Below are positions 51,818-60,978 of a stretch of 64,000 bases of DNA, piece after piece. Below the pieces are notes generated by a model. It was given only the letters and a program-made list of their open reading frames with translations. It made no database searches and was not told the DNA's origin. Origin of the DNA: Longimicrobiales bacterium (lineage in GTDB: Bacteria > Gemmatimonadota > Gemmatimonadetes > Longimicrobiales > Gaopeijiaceae); assembly GCA_965248195.1 (NCBI GenBank), contig CBDFIQ010000002.1:1184001-1248000 (forward strand). Direction: 5' to 3'. Both the position numbers and the translations under genes were made by a program. Each line of letters starts with the position of its first letter. Position 1 is the stretch's first letter.

Positions 51818-53542
51818 TTGTCGACCTTAGAACACGACGTGACCGTCCCAGGTGAGTTGGCCGAGCGGGTTCGCCGGCAGGAGACTGAGCTCGAGCGGCT
51901 CAGAGAGCAGCTCCGACTTTGGGAGGAGGAGTTCGGCGCGACCCCGGCCAGGGAAGCCCTTTTCAGCACAACTTCGGGGATCGAAGTCGCGCCGCTCTAC
52001 ACGCCGCTCGATCGCATGTCCGGGGAGGTGTACACCGATGCGTTAGGCGTTCCGGGACAGTATCCCTTCACCCGGGGTCCGTACGCCACCATGTACCGGA
52101 CTCGCCTCTGGACGATGCGGCAGTTCGCCGGATTCGCCACCGCAGAGGAAACCAACCTGCGGTACAAATACCTGCTCGAGCACGGCACGACAGGGCTCTC
52201 GGTGGCCTTCGATTTTCCGACGCTCATGGGGTACGACAGCGATCATCCGCGTTCCCTGGGTGAGGTGGGCGTGTGCGGGGTTGCGATTTCGTCGCTGGCC
52301 GACATGGAGACGCTCTTCGAAGGGATCCCTCTCGATCAGGTGTCGGTCTCCATGACCATCAACGGCCCGGCCATCATTCTCTTCTGCTTCTACCTGGTTG
52401 CGGCCGAGCGGCAGGGCATCCGGCCGGAGCAACTCCGGGGCACCGTGCAAAACGACATCCTCAAGGAGTATCAGGCTCAACACGCTTGGGTGTTTCCGCC
52501 CGAACCCGCGTTGCGGTGCATCGTCGACATGTTCGAGTGGTGTACGGAGCACGCACCGAGTTACAACCCGATCTCGATCTCGGGATACCATATCCGAGAG
52601 GCGGGGGCGACCGCGGTCCAGGAGCTCGCCTTCACCCTGCGGAATGGCTTTGAGTATGTCGAAAGGGGCATCGCTCGTGGGCTGGATGTCGATACCTTCG
52701 CGCCGCGTCTTTCCTTCTTTTTCGACGTCCACAACGATTTCTTCGAAGAAATCGCCAAGTTTCGTGCGGCACGGCGCATTTGGGCCCGTTTCATGCGCGA
52801 GAAGTACGGCGCCACCAACCCCGAGGCGTGGCGCCTGCGCACACATGCTCAGACGGCTGGGGTGAGCCTCACGGCCCAACAACCCGAGAACAACATCGTC
52901 CGGGTAGCCTACCAGGCCATGGCCGCCGTGCTGGGAGGAACGCAATCGCTCCATACGAACTCGATGGACGAGACTCTGGCATTGCCGACCGAGAATAACG
53001 TCCGACTCGCGTTGAGAACGCAGCAGATCCTGGCCTACGAGAGTGGCGTGCCCAACACGATCGATCCCTTGGCGGGATCGTACTATGTGGAATCGCTCAC
53101 GGACCGGCTCGAGACCGAGGCCCTGGAGCTCTTTGGCCGAATCGCTGAATTGGGTGGCGTGGTGCCGGGGATCGAGACGGGGTTCTTTCAGAGGGAGATC
53201 GCCGAATCGGCCCGCCGGCAGCAGGCTGAAGTGGAGTCGTCACAGCGCGTCGTGGTCGGGGTCAACGACTTCTTGGAGGGGTCCGAAGGAGTCGAAATCG
53301 ACACGCTCAGAATCGACGCTTCGGTGGAGGAGCGTCAGTGCCAGAGGCTGGCCGACCTGAGGGTGGCGCGCAACGACACCGATGTTGCTCATGCGCTCGA
53401 GGGGTTGGAGAGGTCGTGCGAGGAAGGAACCAACGTAGTCCCCGGCATTTTGGGCTGTACTCGGGCCGGCTGTACGCTTTACGAGATCCGGCACGCGATG
53501 GAAAAGACGTTCGGGACCTACGAGGAGCCCGTGTTTTTCTAG
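51818..53542 (+). CDS. B12-dependent acyl-CoA mutase large subunit, isobutyryl-CoA mutase (IcmA)-like
   Basis: PGQYPFTRG, WTMRQFAGF, QNDILKEYQAQ, SISGYHIREAG, HAQTAG, GGTQSLHTN; no B12-binding domain. Confidence 0.9.
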   Translation: MSTLEHDVTVPGELAERVRRQETELERLREQLRLWEEEFGATPAREALFSTTSGIEVAPLYTPLDRMSGEVYTDALGVPGQYPFTRGPYATMYRTRLWTMRQFAGFATAEETNLRYKYLLEHGTTGLSVAFDFPTLMGYDSDHPRSLGEVGVCGVAISSLADMETLFEGIPLDQVSVSMTINGPAIILFCFYLVAAERQGIRPEQLRGTVQNDILKEYQAQHAWVFPPEPALRCIVDMFEWCTEHAPSYNPISISGYHIREAGATAVQELAFTLRNGFEYVERGIARGLDVDTFAPRLSFFFDVHNDFFEEIAKFRAARRIWARFMREKYGATNPEAWRLRTHAQTAGVSLTAQQPENNIVRVAYQAMAAVLGGTQSLHTNSMDETLALPTENNVRLALRTQQILAYESGVPNTIDPLAGSYYVESLTDRLETEALELFGRIAELGGVVPGIETGFFQREIAESARRQQAEVESSQRVVVGVNDFLEGSEGVEIDTLRIDASVEERQCQRLADLRVARNDTDVAHALEGLERSCEEGTNVVPGILGCTRAGCTLYEIRHAMEKTFGTYEEPVFF

Positions 53543-53573
53543 AGTAGTGCTGGGCTAAGCTCTCTTCGGCGGG

Positions 53574-53996
53574 CTAGATCTTTTCGATGACGTAGCTGAT
53601 CCGCCAGTTGCTCATCGCTTCAGGGTCCTCCGAACCCTCGTCGGCGGGTTCGTAGAGTCCCACCCAGTCGTCGACGGGACCCCGGTGCTCACGCTTGTAG
53701 TGATCGAGCTCGTCGTTTGCACTTATCACGTCGAGCTCCTCACCAAACAACTCGACGATGAGGTGATCCTCCGCGTCGCCCTCGAATAGGGTTTTGTTGA
53801 GCGTGACGTAATTCCACCCCGGCTTGTCGGAGAGCGAGTAGTGTCCCTCTTCAGGGAACCGTGTCTCCTCTGAAAAGCTTTGGGGGCTTTCGCTCGAGAT
53901 CCGCGAGCGAAACTGGAATTCGCCCGTTTCTTTGAAAAACGGCTCGAGGGTGTCGAGAATCTTGATCCACCTGAGCGTGACACGAATCCTCGCCAT
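53574..53996 (-). CDS. Hypothetical protein, possibly C2-like beta sandwich
   Basis: 140-aa ORF with GGAGG SD, typical codon usage, beta-rich acidic sequence. Confidence 0.65.
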   Translation of the reverse strand: MARIRVTLRWIKILDTLEPFFKETGEFQFRSRISSESPQSFSEETRFPEEGHYSLSDKPGWNYVTLNKTLFEGDAEDHLIVELFGEELDVISANDELDHYKREHRGPVDDWVGLYEPADEGSEDPEAMSNWRISYVIEKI

Positions 53997-54117
53997 CGAT
54001 TGGCTCCTCCAGCCTGGAGAGTTCGAGTTCTTTGACTGCGGGCAACGTTCTCGGGGCCCGCAGTGGCCGATGTTATGGCCGTAGGGGCGGTTTGTCCAGA
54101 CGGGCGGGCTTCGCCCG

Positions 54118-55671
54118 TCAGCCGCCGGAGCTGCGTTGGGAAGTCCTACAGGCAGGCCACTGTTGGCCCGCAGAAAGGGTCCGTCGGACGTTCGAGACCC
54201 GCATCGGGTCCTCCGAGGCCAAATACGCGAGCATCGCGACCAGGGTGGCGTTATTCCTCAGGTCGTCGAAGACGATTTTGTCGTAGGTGTCAATGTCCGT
54301 ATGCCACGTGTATTGTCGGTAGTCCGGATAATGCGATAGAAGCCGGAAGCCCCTGGCACCTCGGCAAATGAGCGACATTTCGTCGCTGCTACCGGTACTA
54401 GGCACCACCCGAAAGTCGAGTTCGATGTTCCGCGTGATATCTCGTGGGATCTCACCTACCCATCGGCCGAAGTTCTCGCCCGCCTCGGGGAATTCCTGCA
54501 TTCGGAAAAAGTCGATTCGCCAGGTGCCGTTGTCCTGATTGAACGCCGCCTGGAGTCCGTCGACCACTTCAGGATGATCCTCCGCGAACGCCAGGGAGCC
54601 GTTGGTCCCTTGTTCTTCGCCTCCCCAATGCGCCACCAGAATGGTTCGCCGTGGCCGTGGGTAGACCTCCTTCAGGATGCGCATGGCCTCCATCATCATG
54701 ATCGAGCCTGTTCCGTTGTCCGTTGCGCCGGAGGCACCATCCCAAGAGTCGAAGTGCGCGTTCAGAAGAACGTACTCATCAGGCAACTCGGTACCACGGA
54801 TTTCGCCGATCACGTTGAAGACGGGAACCTCGCCCAAGAACTCTGCCTCCGCGTCGACTCGGAGCACCGGTCCCTGCCCGTTCGACGCCAACCGGTGCAC
54901 CAGCCCGTAGTCCTCACAGCTCAAGTGGAGGGAGGGGATTCGTTGCGTGAAGGAAGAAAAAATCTTGTTGGCTCCCCATCCATTCGACCATCGTGCGGTG
55001 ACGACCCCTGCGGCTCCCGCGCCCTCGATCCCCCTTACAATCCGCCCGAGGCCTCCGGCACTCCGGACGCTGGAGGTCCACTGCTCTTGAACGCGTTGTC
55101 GGAGTGACTGTATGCGACTCTGGGATTCCGGGGTGGCCAGGGCTGCCCAGCTCTCGGGGGCACGGCAGGTCGGCTCGGCGTACGAGAGCGCAACGAACTT
55201 TTCGGCGACGTTGGGCAGCCAAGCCTCGAAATCGGCCTGATTGCCGAACGCCGGCATCGCGATCACCTCGCCATCGACCGGTCCGTCGGTTCCCGGGCTC
55301 CAGGCCAGCATCGTCCCGTTGAGTGTGCGCTTCCGTGGGGCCACGAGATCGATATGTGTGTACCCGCGGTCCCAGCCCCGCCACGTACCGTACTGGTCTG
55401 CTCGGACCGGGACGTCCCAGTTCTGGTACATGGACATGGCCCATTCGATCGAGCTGCGCTGGCCGGGGCTTCCCGAGAGCCGCGGGCCGATGGAGTCGAG
55501 CAACACTTGAGCGAGCCGCTCGACCTGCGAGCCCTCCTCCATTCCCTGCGCCCAGATCGCCCGAATGATCGGGTCTTCAGAGGGGAAGTCCTGAGCCGTC
55601 AGGTGGGCGACAGCGAGGCAGGGCACGAGCGCGGCGGCGAACGAAAAGACGAGAAAGCGAGACGAAGTCAT
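54118..55671 (-). CDS. Secreted M28 family metallopeptidase (carboxypeptidase Q-like)
   Basis: Signal peptide, IGPRLSGS, AHFDSWD..GATDNGTG, WGGEEQG, NQD, WHT..DTYD. Confidence 0.9.
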   Translation of the reverse strand: MTSSRFLVFSFAAALVPCLAVAHLTAQDFPSEDPIIRAIWAQGMEEGSQVERLAQVLLDSIGPRLSGSPGQRSSIEWAMSMYQNWDVPVRADQYGTWRGWDRGYTHIDLVAPRKRTLNGTMLAWSPGTDGPVDGEVIAMPAFGNQADFEAWLPNVAEKFVALSYAEPTCRAPESWAALATPESQSRIQSLRQRVQEQWTSSVRSAGGLGRIVRGIEGAGAAGVVTARWSNGWGANKIFSSFTQRIPSLHLSCEDYGLVHRLASNGQGPVLRVDAEAEFLGEVPVFNVIGEIRGTELPDEYVLLNAHFDSWDGASGATDNGTGSIMMMEAMRILKEVYPRPRRTILVAHWGGEEQGTNGSLAFAEDHPEVVDGLQAAFNQDNGTWRIDFFRMQEFPEAGENFGRWVGEIPRDITRNIELDFRVVPSTGSSDEMSLICRGARGFRLLSHYPDYRQYTWHTDIDTYDKIVFDDLRNNATLVAMLAYLASEDPMRVSNVRRTLSAGQQWPACRTSQRSSGG

Positions 55672-55913
55672 CCGGTTCTCCTCACGAGCAGTCAACGGTC
55701 AGGCCTGGATTGGGTCGGGCACCCGACTCCCAAGATCGCGTGGTGTGATCGACATGAGCAAGGGAGCCTTACGCGAGTAGGGGGAAGAGCCGCCGCAGCG
55801 TCTGGCTACCCACGCTCCGGCGAGGTCGGTAGCTTTCTGCACGTTTTACGTGCGTTACTCCCTCTACCTGATCACGGTGCTGGAAGCGAGGCTTCGATCG
55901 AGAGGAGATGTGA

Positions 55914-56333
55914 ATGTCGTCGGAGGAACGGAAGATCCGCGTCCTCGTGGCCAAACCCGGTCTGGATGGCCATGATCGCGGCGCCAAGGTCATTGCGGCG
56001 TCTTTCCGGGACGCCGGTTTCGAGGTGATCTATACAGGTCTCCATCAAACGCCCGAAATGATCGTCAACGCGGCGGTTGAGGAGGATGTGGATGTGGTAG
56101 CGTTGTCGGTTCTTTCTGGGGCCCACATGACGCTTTTTCCCAGAGTCCTCGAGTTACTGAACGCAGACGGCGCGGAAAATGTGTTGCTCACGGGGGGCGG
56201 AATCATTCCAGAGGAGGACATGGAAGCGCTCAGGGAGGCAGGGGTGGGACGCCTGTTTGGCCCCGGGACTCCCACCTCGGAGGCTGTTGCATACATCCGT
56301 GAGTGGTCCTCCACGTGCGAGGAGAGGGTTTGA
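55914..56333 (+). CDS. Cobalamin-binding small subunit of acyl-CoA mutase (IcmB-like)
   Basis: [12 protein letters not shown] (DxHxxG), SVLSGAH, GGIIP, FGPGT. Confidence 0.93.
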   Translation: MSSEERKIRVLVAKPGLDGHDRGAKVIAASFRDAGFEVIYTGLHQTPEMIVNAAVEEDVDVVALSVLSGAHMTLFPRVLELLNADGAENVLLTGGGIIPEEDMEALREAGVGRLFGPGTPTSEAVAYIREWSSTCEERV

Positions 56334-56334
56334 G

Positions 56335-56535
56335 GTGAGGCGTGCCGCCTTGCTTACGTGGAGGATTCGAGCCTTCTTTTTCGGTGCCGCACTGGGACTC
56401 GCGGGCATTTTCCTAGACATTCCTTGGCTCGTGACGACTGCCCTGGTCGTGTTACTGCTGGGCGTGGCGCTTCGAATGGCGCCGGCCCGCGATCCAGGCT
56501 CGGAAGAACAGGAGCCCAGGATTCCCGAGCCTTAG
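56335..56535 (+). CDS. Small two-TM hypothetical membrane protein
   Basis: GTG two bases after the previous stop; FFFGAALGLAGIFLDIPWLVTTALVVLLLGVALR. Confidence 0.55.
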   Translation: MRRAALLTWRIRAFFFGAALGLAGIFLDIPWLVTTALVVLLLGVALRMAPARDPGSEEQEPRIPEP

Positions 56536-56614
56536 GGCCTGTTGAAGAACTGGGGCGAGTTCGCCCGGCCCGCTCGTCCATGGAATCGCCCGGAGTCCGA
56601 GACCAAGGTTTCGG

Positions 56615-58141
56615 ATGTCCGCGAACCTGGTCGACGCCCGCCGCATTCTGCGTGATCATTTCGGATTCTCGTCCTTTCGGGAGGGCCAGGAACGCCTGGT
56701 GGGTGCCGCACTGGCAGGCAGGGATGCGCTCGGTGTACTTCCGACGGGTGGTGGGAAGAGTCTCTGCTATCAGGTGCCTGCCCTAGCGCTACCTGGGCTG
56801 ACTCTTGTGTTGAGCCCGCTCATCTCCCTCATGGAGGACCAGACCCAGCGCTCGCGCCGTGCCTCGATCCCGGCAGCGTTCATCACCAGTGCGCTGTCGG
56901 CCCGCGAACGGCGTACGGTGTTGGACAACGTGAACAGCGGTAGGATCAAGCTGCTTTTCGTGGCGCCGGAGCGTCTGGAGACGCCAGGCTTCATGGACTC
57001 ACTCGGGGCGGCAGGTGTCTCGTTGATTGCCGTGGACGAGGCGCATTGCATCAGCGAGTGGGGGCACGACTTCAGGCCCTCCTATCGTCGTCTGGGCGTG
57101 TTGCGCCGCAGGCTCGCGGCGCCGGTGATGGCTCTCACGGCGACCGCCACACCGAGAGTGCGCGAGGACATTCTGAGTGTGCTTTCACTGGATCGGCCGC
57201 TTCGGGTCGTGGGGTCGTTCGATCGTCCGAACCTGAGTTGGTACGTCGAACGGGCGGATCGGCATCCGGCGAAGATGAGCGCCATCCGCCGCCTCGTTCT
57301 TTCGGAGGCAGGCGCGGTAGTGATCTACGCGGGTACGCGCCGTGTCGTCGAGACCATTCGCTCCGCTCTCGCACGGCTCGGGATATCGACCGCCGCCTAT
57401 CACGCGGGGTTGGAACCGGAGGTGCGAAGCGGCGTCCAGGAGGAATTCCTGACCGGAAAGACCCGCACGGTCGTGGCCACAAACGCGTTCGGAATGGGTG
57501 TGGACAAGAGCGACGTGCGACTCGTCGTTCATTACCAGATGCCCGGCACCCTGGAGTCCTACTACCAGGAGGCGGGCCGCGCCGGACGAGACGGAGGTGC
57601 CGCTCGTTGCGTCGCGCTCTGGGGTGAGGACGATCAGCGTCTACACACGACCTTCCTCGACCGGTCTCGTCCGCCCGTGCGCTTGCTGAAACGAGCCGCC
57701 CGGACTCTCCGGCGTACCATCGGAGCCGGCGAGCGGGGTGTGGTGGAGGCCAGCCATCTCCTTCACGCCGTGGGTTGCCCGGCGGAGGAGTTGGGGACGC
57801 TACTCGCGGCCCTGGAACGCGTCGGTGTGGTTCGCGTCTACAACCGGTTGGGGCGGACGGGCTCTGATCCGGGCCCCATGGGTAAGCTTATCTGCGAAAC
57901 TTCGAGCGAACTCGATGAGCAGACGGTCCTCGATCTCGGCGTTCGCGCCTCGCGCCCGGATTGGTTGCGGGCGCAGCGACTCCGTCAGGGGGGCATCGAA
58001 GGCCTCCGGGCCGTTCGAGCTTACGCCACCACGCCGAGGTGCAGGAGGCGGACGCTTCTCGGCTACTTCGGGGACGAGGCCCCCATCTGCGGCGGTTGCG
58101 ACGTATGTGGGGAGAGTGGCGAGGGTTCGGGGTATCTCTAG
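56615..58141 (+). CDS. recQ: RecQ family ATP-dependent DNA helicase (no HRDC domain)
   Basis: PTGGGKSLCYQ, DEAHCISEWGHDFRP, TATA, ATNAFGMG, YYQEAGRAGRDG, terminal CRR...CGGCDVC Zn site. Confidence 0.9.
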   Translation: MSANLVDARRILRDHFGFSSFREGQERLVGAALAGRDALGVLPTGGGKSLCYQVPALALPGLTLVLSPLISLMEDQTQRSRRASIPAAFITSALSARERRTVLDNVNSGRIKLLFVAPERLETPGFMDSLGAAGVSLIAVDEAHCISEWGHDFRPSYRRLGVLRRRLAAPVMALTATATPRVREDILSVLSLDRPLRVVGSFDRPNLSWYVERADRHPAKMSAIRRLVLSEAGAVVIYAGTRRVVETIRSALARLGISTAAYHAGLEPEVRSGVQEEFLTGKTRTVVATNAFGMGVDKSDVRLVVHYQMPGTLESYYQEAGRAGRDGGAARCVALWGEDDQRLHTTFLDRSRPPVRLLKRAARTLRRTIGAGERGVVEASHLLHAVGCPAEELGTLLAALERVGVVRVYNRLGRTGSDPGPMGKLICETSSELDEQTVLDLGVRASRPDWLRAQRLRQGGIEGLRAVRAYATTPRCRRRTLLGYFGDEAPICGGCDVCGESGEGSGYL

Positions 58142-58333
58142 CTTCATCATCCGTAGGCCGAGGGTTAGCTTTTAGGACGCGCCGGAATGCGCTTTCGCCA
58201 CGGTGTTACGAATTATGAGCGATCACGAGTAGCCTAGAGAAGAATATGGGACGTTCAGGGCATTCTGTTTCAACTAGCGGATATCGCGACTGACATTCAA
58301 GCAGGGAAGACACCTCACGTATCACGCAGCATA

Positions 58334-58441
58334 AGAGACACCAAAGTCTGCGAGATCGGTGAGGGTACCCACGAAATCCGGCGTCTGATTGTTTGGCGGC
58401 GACTCATCCAAGATGATGTCCGCCTCGACGGCGCGGAGTAA
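58334..58441 (+). pseudogene. 3' remnant of an acyl-CoA dehydrogenase gene
   Basis: Translates RDTKVCEIGEGTHEIRRLIVWRRLIQ, matching the ACAD C-terminal RDxK..EIGEGT.EI.R motif; no recognisable upstream ACAD sequence. Confidence 0.75.
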
Positions 58442-58592
58442 CAGGGAAGTCCACTCGGGCCGCTGGCCTGCCATTACGGGCTCCGTCTGAAGCCGACATC
58501 GCCCCCCCGAAGCTTGAAGGGGGGCGGCGCCGGGACAGGTTGAGCGCACCGGCGGGATTGGTCATGAGGGACCGACCGGGAGAAAAAACATA

Positions 58593-60122
58593 GTGAGGAG
58601 AGAAATCCTCGTGAGCGCAACGGTCCACGAATCGTGGGTCGCGCTCATGGAAGACGGGCAGTTGGTGGAGATGATGCTCGACCGGGCCGACCAAGGCCGG
58701 TTGCTCGGAGATATTTACCTGGGCAAGGTGGAGGCCGTCCTGCCCGGAATTCAGGCCGCCTTCGTCGATATCGGTACCGACAAGGCCGGATTCCTCCATG
58801 TCTCCGACCTCGACATGGGCGACGACGACGACGAAAACGGCGGAGGCGGCGGTGCGCGCCGCAAGCGCGACCGGAAGTACCCGCCGATCCAGGATCACAT
58901 CAGGAAGGGCCAGGAGATCATCGTCCAGGTCACGAAGGAGCCCATCAGTAGCAAGGGGCCTCGCCTGACCGCCGAGATCTCACTTCCTGGGCGATTCCTC
59001 GTCTATATGCCCGGGTCGTCACGGGTGGGTGTGAGCCGCAAGATCGAGGACCGAGAGGAGCGCTCGCGCCTCCGCACACTTGCCAAGGGTGTTCTTCCCA
59101 AGGACGAGGGGGGCATCATCGTGCGGACGGTGAGTGAGGAACTCAATCAGGAAACGTTCAAAAAGGACTTCAAACGCCTCAGTTCCAAGTGGCGGAAGAT
59201 CCTCAAGAAGAGGGAAGGAGCGAAGGCTCCAAGCCCCCTCCACGGCGAGGCGAAGCTCATCAGTGGGGTGATCCGGGACCTCTTCAGCAATCGCTTCGAG
59301 TCGATCACGGTGAACGACAAGGGGATCTACAGTGAGATCCTCCAGTACGTGAAGAGCGTCGCCCCGGAGCTCAAGGATCGTGTCCGGCTCCACACGGGCT
59401 CCGAGTCACTCTTCGACACGCATGGGGTCGAGGAGGAATTTCAGGCGACGCTCCAGAAGAAGGCGATGCTCCCTTCGGGGGGCTATATCGTTATCGAGCC
59501 TACCGAGGCCCTCGTATCGATCGACGTCAACACCGGGCGGTACAAGGGGAAGAAGGATCCCGAAAACACGATTCTGAAGACCAACCTAGAGGCCACCCAG
59601 GAGATCGCACGCCAGCTCCGATTGAGGGATATCGGGGGCATCATCGTCTGTGACTTCATCGATATGGAGTCTCAAAAAAACCGTGACAAGGTCCTGAACG
59701 AGCTCCGGACCCATCTGGGTAGAGACCGAGCCCGAACCAAGGCCTTCGAGGTCTCGAGCCTGGGACTGGTCGAAATGACGCGACAGAGGGTTCGACCTTC
59801 TTTGTTCCAGACGCTCACCGAGGAGTGCGATCACTGCGAGGGGACCGGCCGGGTTTATTCGCCGGCTACGGTCGTTCGCCAGATCGAGCGGAGCATACGG
59901 CGTGTCTCGGTGAAGGGGGAGGAAAAGAAGCTCTTGATTCGGATGCATCCCGAGGTCGCGCTCCGGATCATTGAGGAGGAGCCCGACTTTATCCGGAAAT
60001 TAGGGCAGGTCACCAGCCTGAAGCTCGACATGAGTGACGATCCGCTGCTCCGGGAGGACGAGTTCAGGATCCTTTCCGGCGCCGCGCAGACCGATGTGAC
60101 TTCCAGATACGTGGCCGCATGA
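58593..60122 (+). CDS. rng: Rne/Rng family ribonuclease (RNase G/E)
   Basis: S1 domain IYLGKVEAVLPGIQAAFVDIG, IDVNTG, RDIGGIIVCDFIDM, EMTRQR, CDHCEGTG. Confidence 0.92.
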   Translation: MRREILVSATVHESWVALMEDGQLVEMMLDRADQGRLLGDIYLGKVEAVLPGIQAAFVDIGTDKAGFLHVSDLDMGDDDDENGGGGGARRKRDRKYPPIQDHIRKGQEIIVQVTKEPISSKGPRLTAEISLPGRFLVYMPGSSRVGVSRKIEDREERSRLRTLAKGVLPKDEGGIIVRTVSEELNQETFKKDFKRLSSKWRKILKKREGAKAPSPLHGEAKLISGVIRDLFSNRFESITVNDKGIYSEILQYVKSVAPELKDRVRLHTGSESLFDTHGVEEEFQATLQKKAMLPSGGYIVIEPTEALVSIDVNTGRYKGKKDPENTILKTNLEATQEIARQLRLRDIGGIIVCDFIDMESQKNRDKVLNELRTHLGRDRARTKAFEVSSLGLVEMTRQRVRPSLFQTLTEECDHCEGTGRVYSPATVVRQIERSIRRVSVKGEEKKLLIRMHPEVALRIIEEEPDFIRKLGQVTSLKLDMSDDPLLREDEFRILSGAAQTDVTSRYVAA

Positions 60123-60221
60123 GAGTAAGGCTTGATGTAGGGCTTGACCCCCCGCGGGCATTCCGTGAATTTTTCTGGCTATACCGGGGCAGTTCGTGAT
60201 TCGTAGGGTCAACGAGGCGTT

Positions 60222-60533
60222 ATGTACGCGGTTTTTCGCACAGGCGGCAAGCAGTTTCGGGTGGAGCCGGGCACCAAGCTCCGGGTCCCGACGCTGGAAG
60301 CGGAAGAAGGCACGACGGTCTCTTTCGAGCAGGTGCTGATTACTTCCGACGGAGACGCCGTCTCGGTGGGCCAACCCACGGTTGCCGGCGCCTCTGTCAA
60401 AGCCGAGGTGTTGCGTCATGGCAAGGACCGCAAGATCATCGTCTTCAAACGGAAGAAGCGTAAGGGTTACCGAAGGAAACAGGGACATCGTCAGAAATTC
60501 ACCGAAATCCGGATCGCTGAAATCAAGCTCTAG
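60222..60533 (+). CDS. rplU: 50S ribosomal protein L21
   Basis: [23 protein letters not shown]. Confidence 0.97.
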   Translation: MYAVFRTGGKQFRVEPGTKLRVPTLEAEEGTTVSFEQVLITSDGDAVSVGQPTVAGASVKAEVLRHGKDRKIIVFKRKKRKGYRRKQGHRQKFTEIRIAEIKL

Positions 60534-60571
60534 CACCCGGTTTTCCGTACGACGCTCCCGAGGAGCACCTG

Positions 60572-60826
60572 ATGGCACATAAGAAGGGCGTGGGATCGAG
60601 CCGAAACGGCCGAGACAGTAATCCCAGCCGGCTCGGCGTAAAGCGGTACGGCGGCGAGCGGGTGGGTGCCGGCTGCATCCTCATTCGCCAACGGGGCACC
60701 CCATTCCATGCCGGACGCAACGTGGGGCGCGGGGGCGACGACACGCTGTTCGCCACCACCGACGGTGTGGTGAAGTTCGAGAGGTATCGGCGCCGCAAGG
60801 CCGTGTCGGTCTACCCGGACGCCTAG
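60572..60826 (+). CDS. rpmA: 50S ribosomal protein L27
   Basis: [32 protein letters not shown]. Confidence 0.98.
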   Translation: MAHKKGVGSSRNGRDSNPSRLGVKRYGGERVGAGCILIRQRGTPFHAGRNVGRGGDDTLFATTDGVVKFERYRRRKAVSVYPDA

Positions 60827-60847
60827 CGCCGAGCGAATGTGCATCGA

Positions 60848-60893
60848 GGCCCGTTTCGCAGCGACACGCTGCGAGACGGGCCCCTCCTGTTTT
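60848..60893 (+). terminator. Probable intrinsic terminator after rpmA
   Basis: 16-bp stem GGCCCGTTTCGCAGCG-ACA-CGCTGCGAGACGGGCC followed by CCTCCTGTTTT. Confidence 0.65.
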
Positions 60894-60978
60894 CGGTCGT
60901 TCCTTTTCGAGGACACCTCACCTGGATCTTTTCCCACTCTGCTAACGTAGGGTGCCGAGCCGACGGAGAGGCATAGAT

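Noticed and set aside
58500..58526. GC hairpin in the rne/rng leader as an autoregulatory element
   Set aside because: A single 8-bp C/G stem is not enough evidence without conservation data
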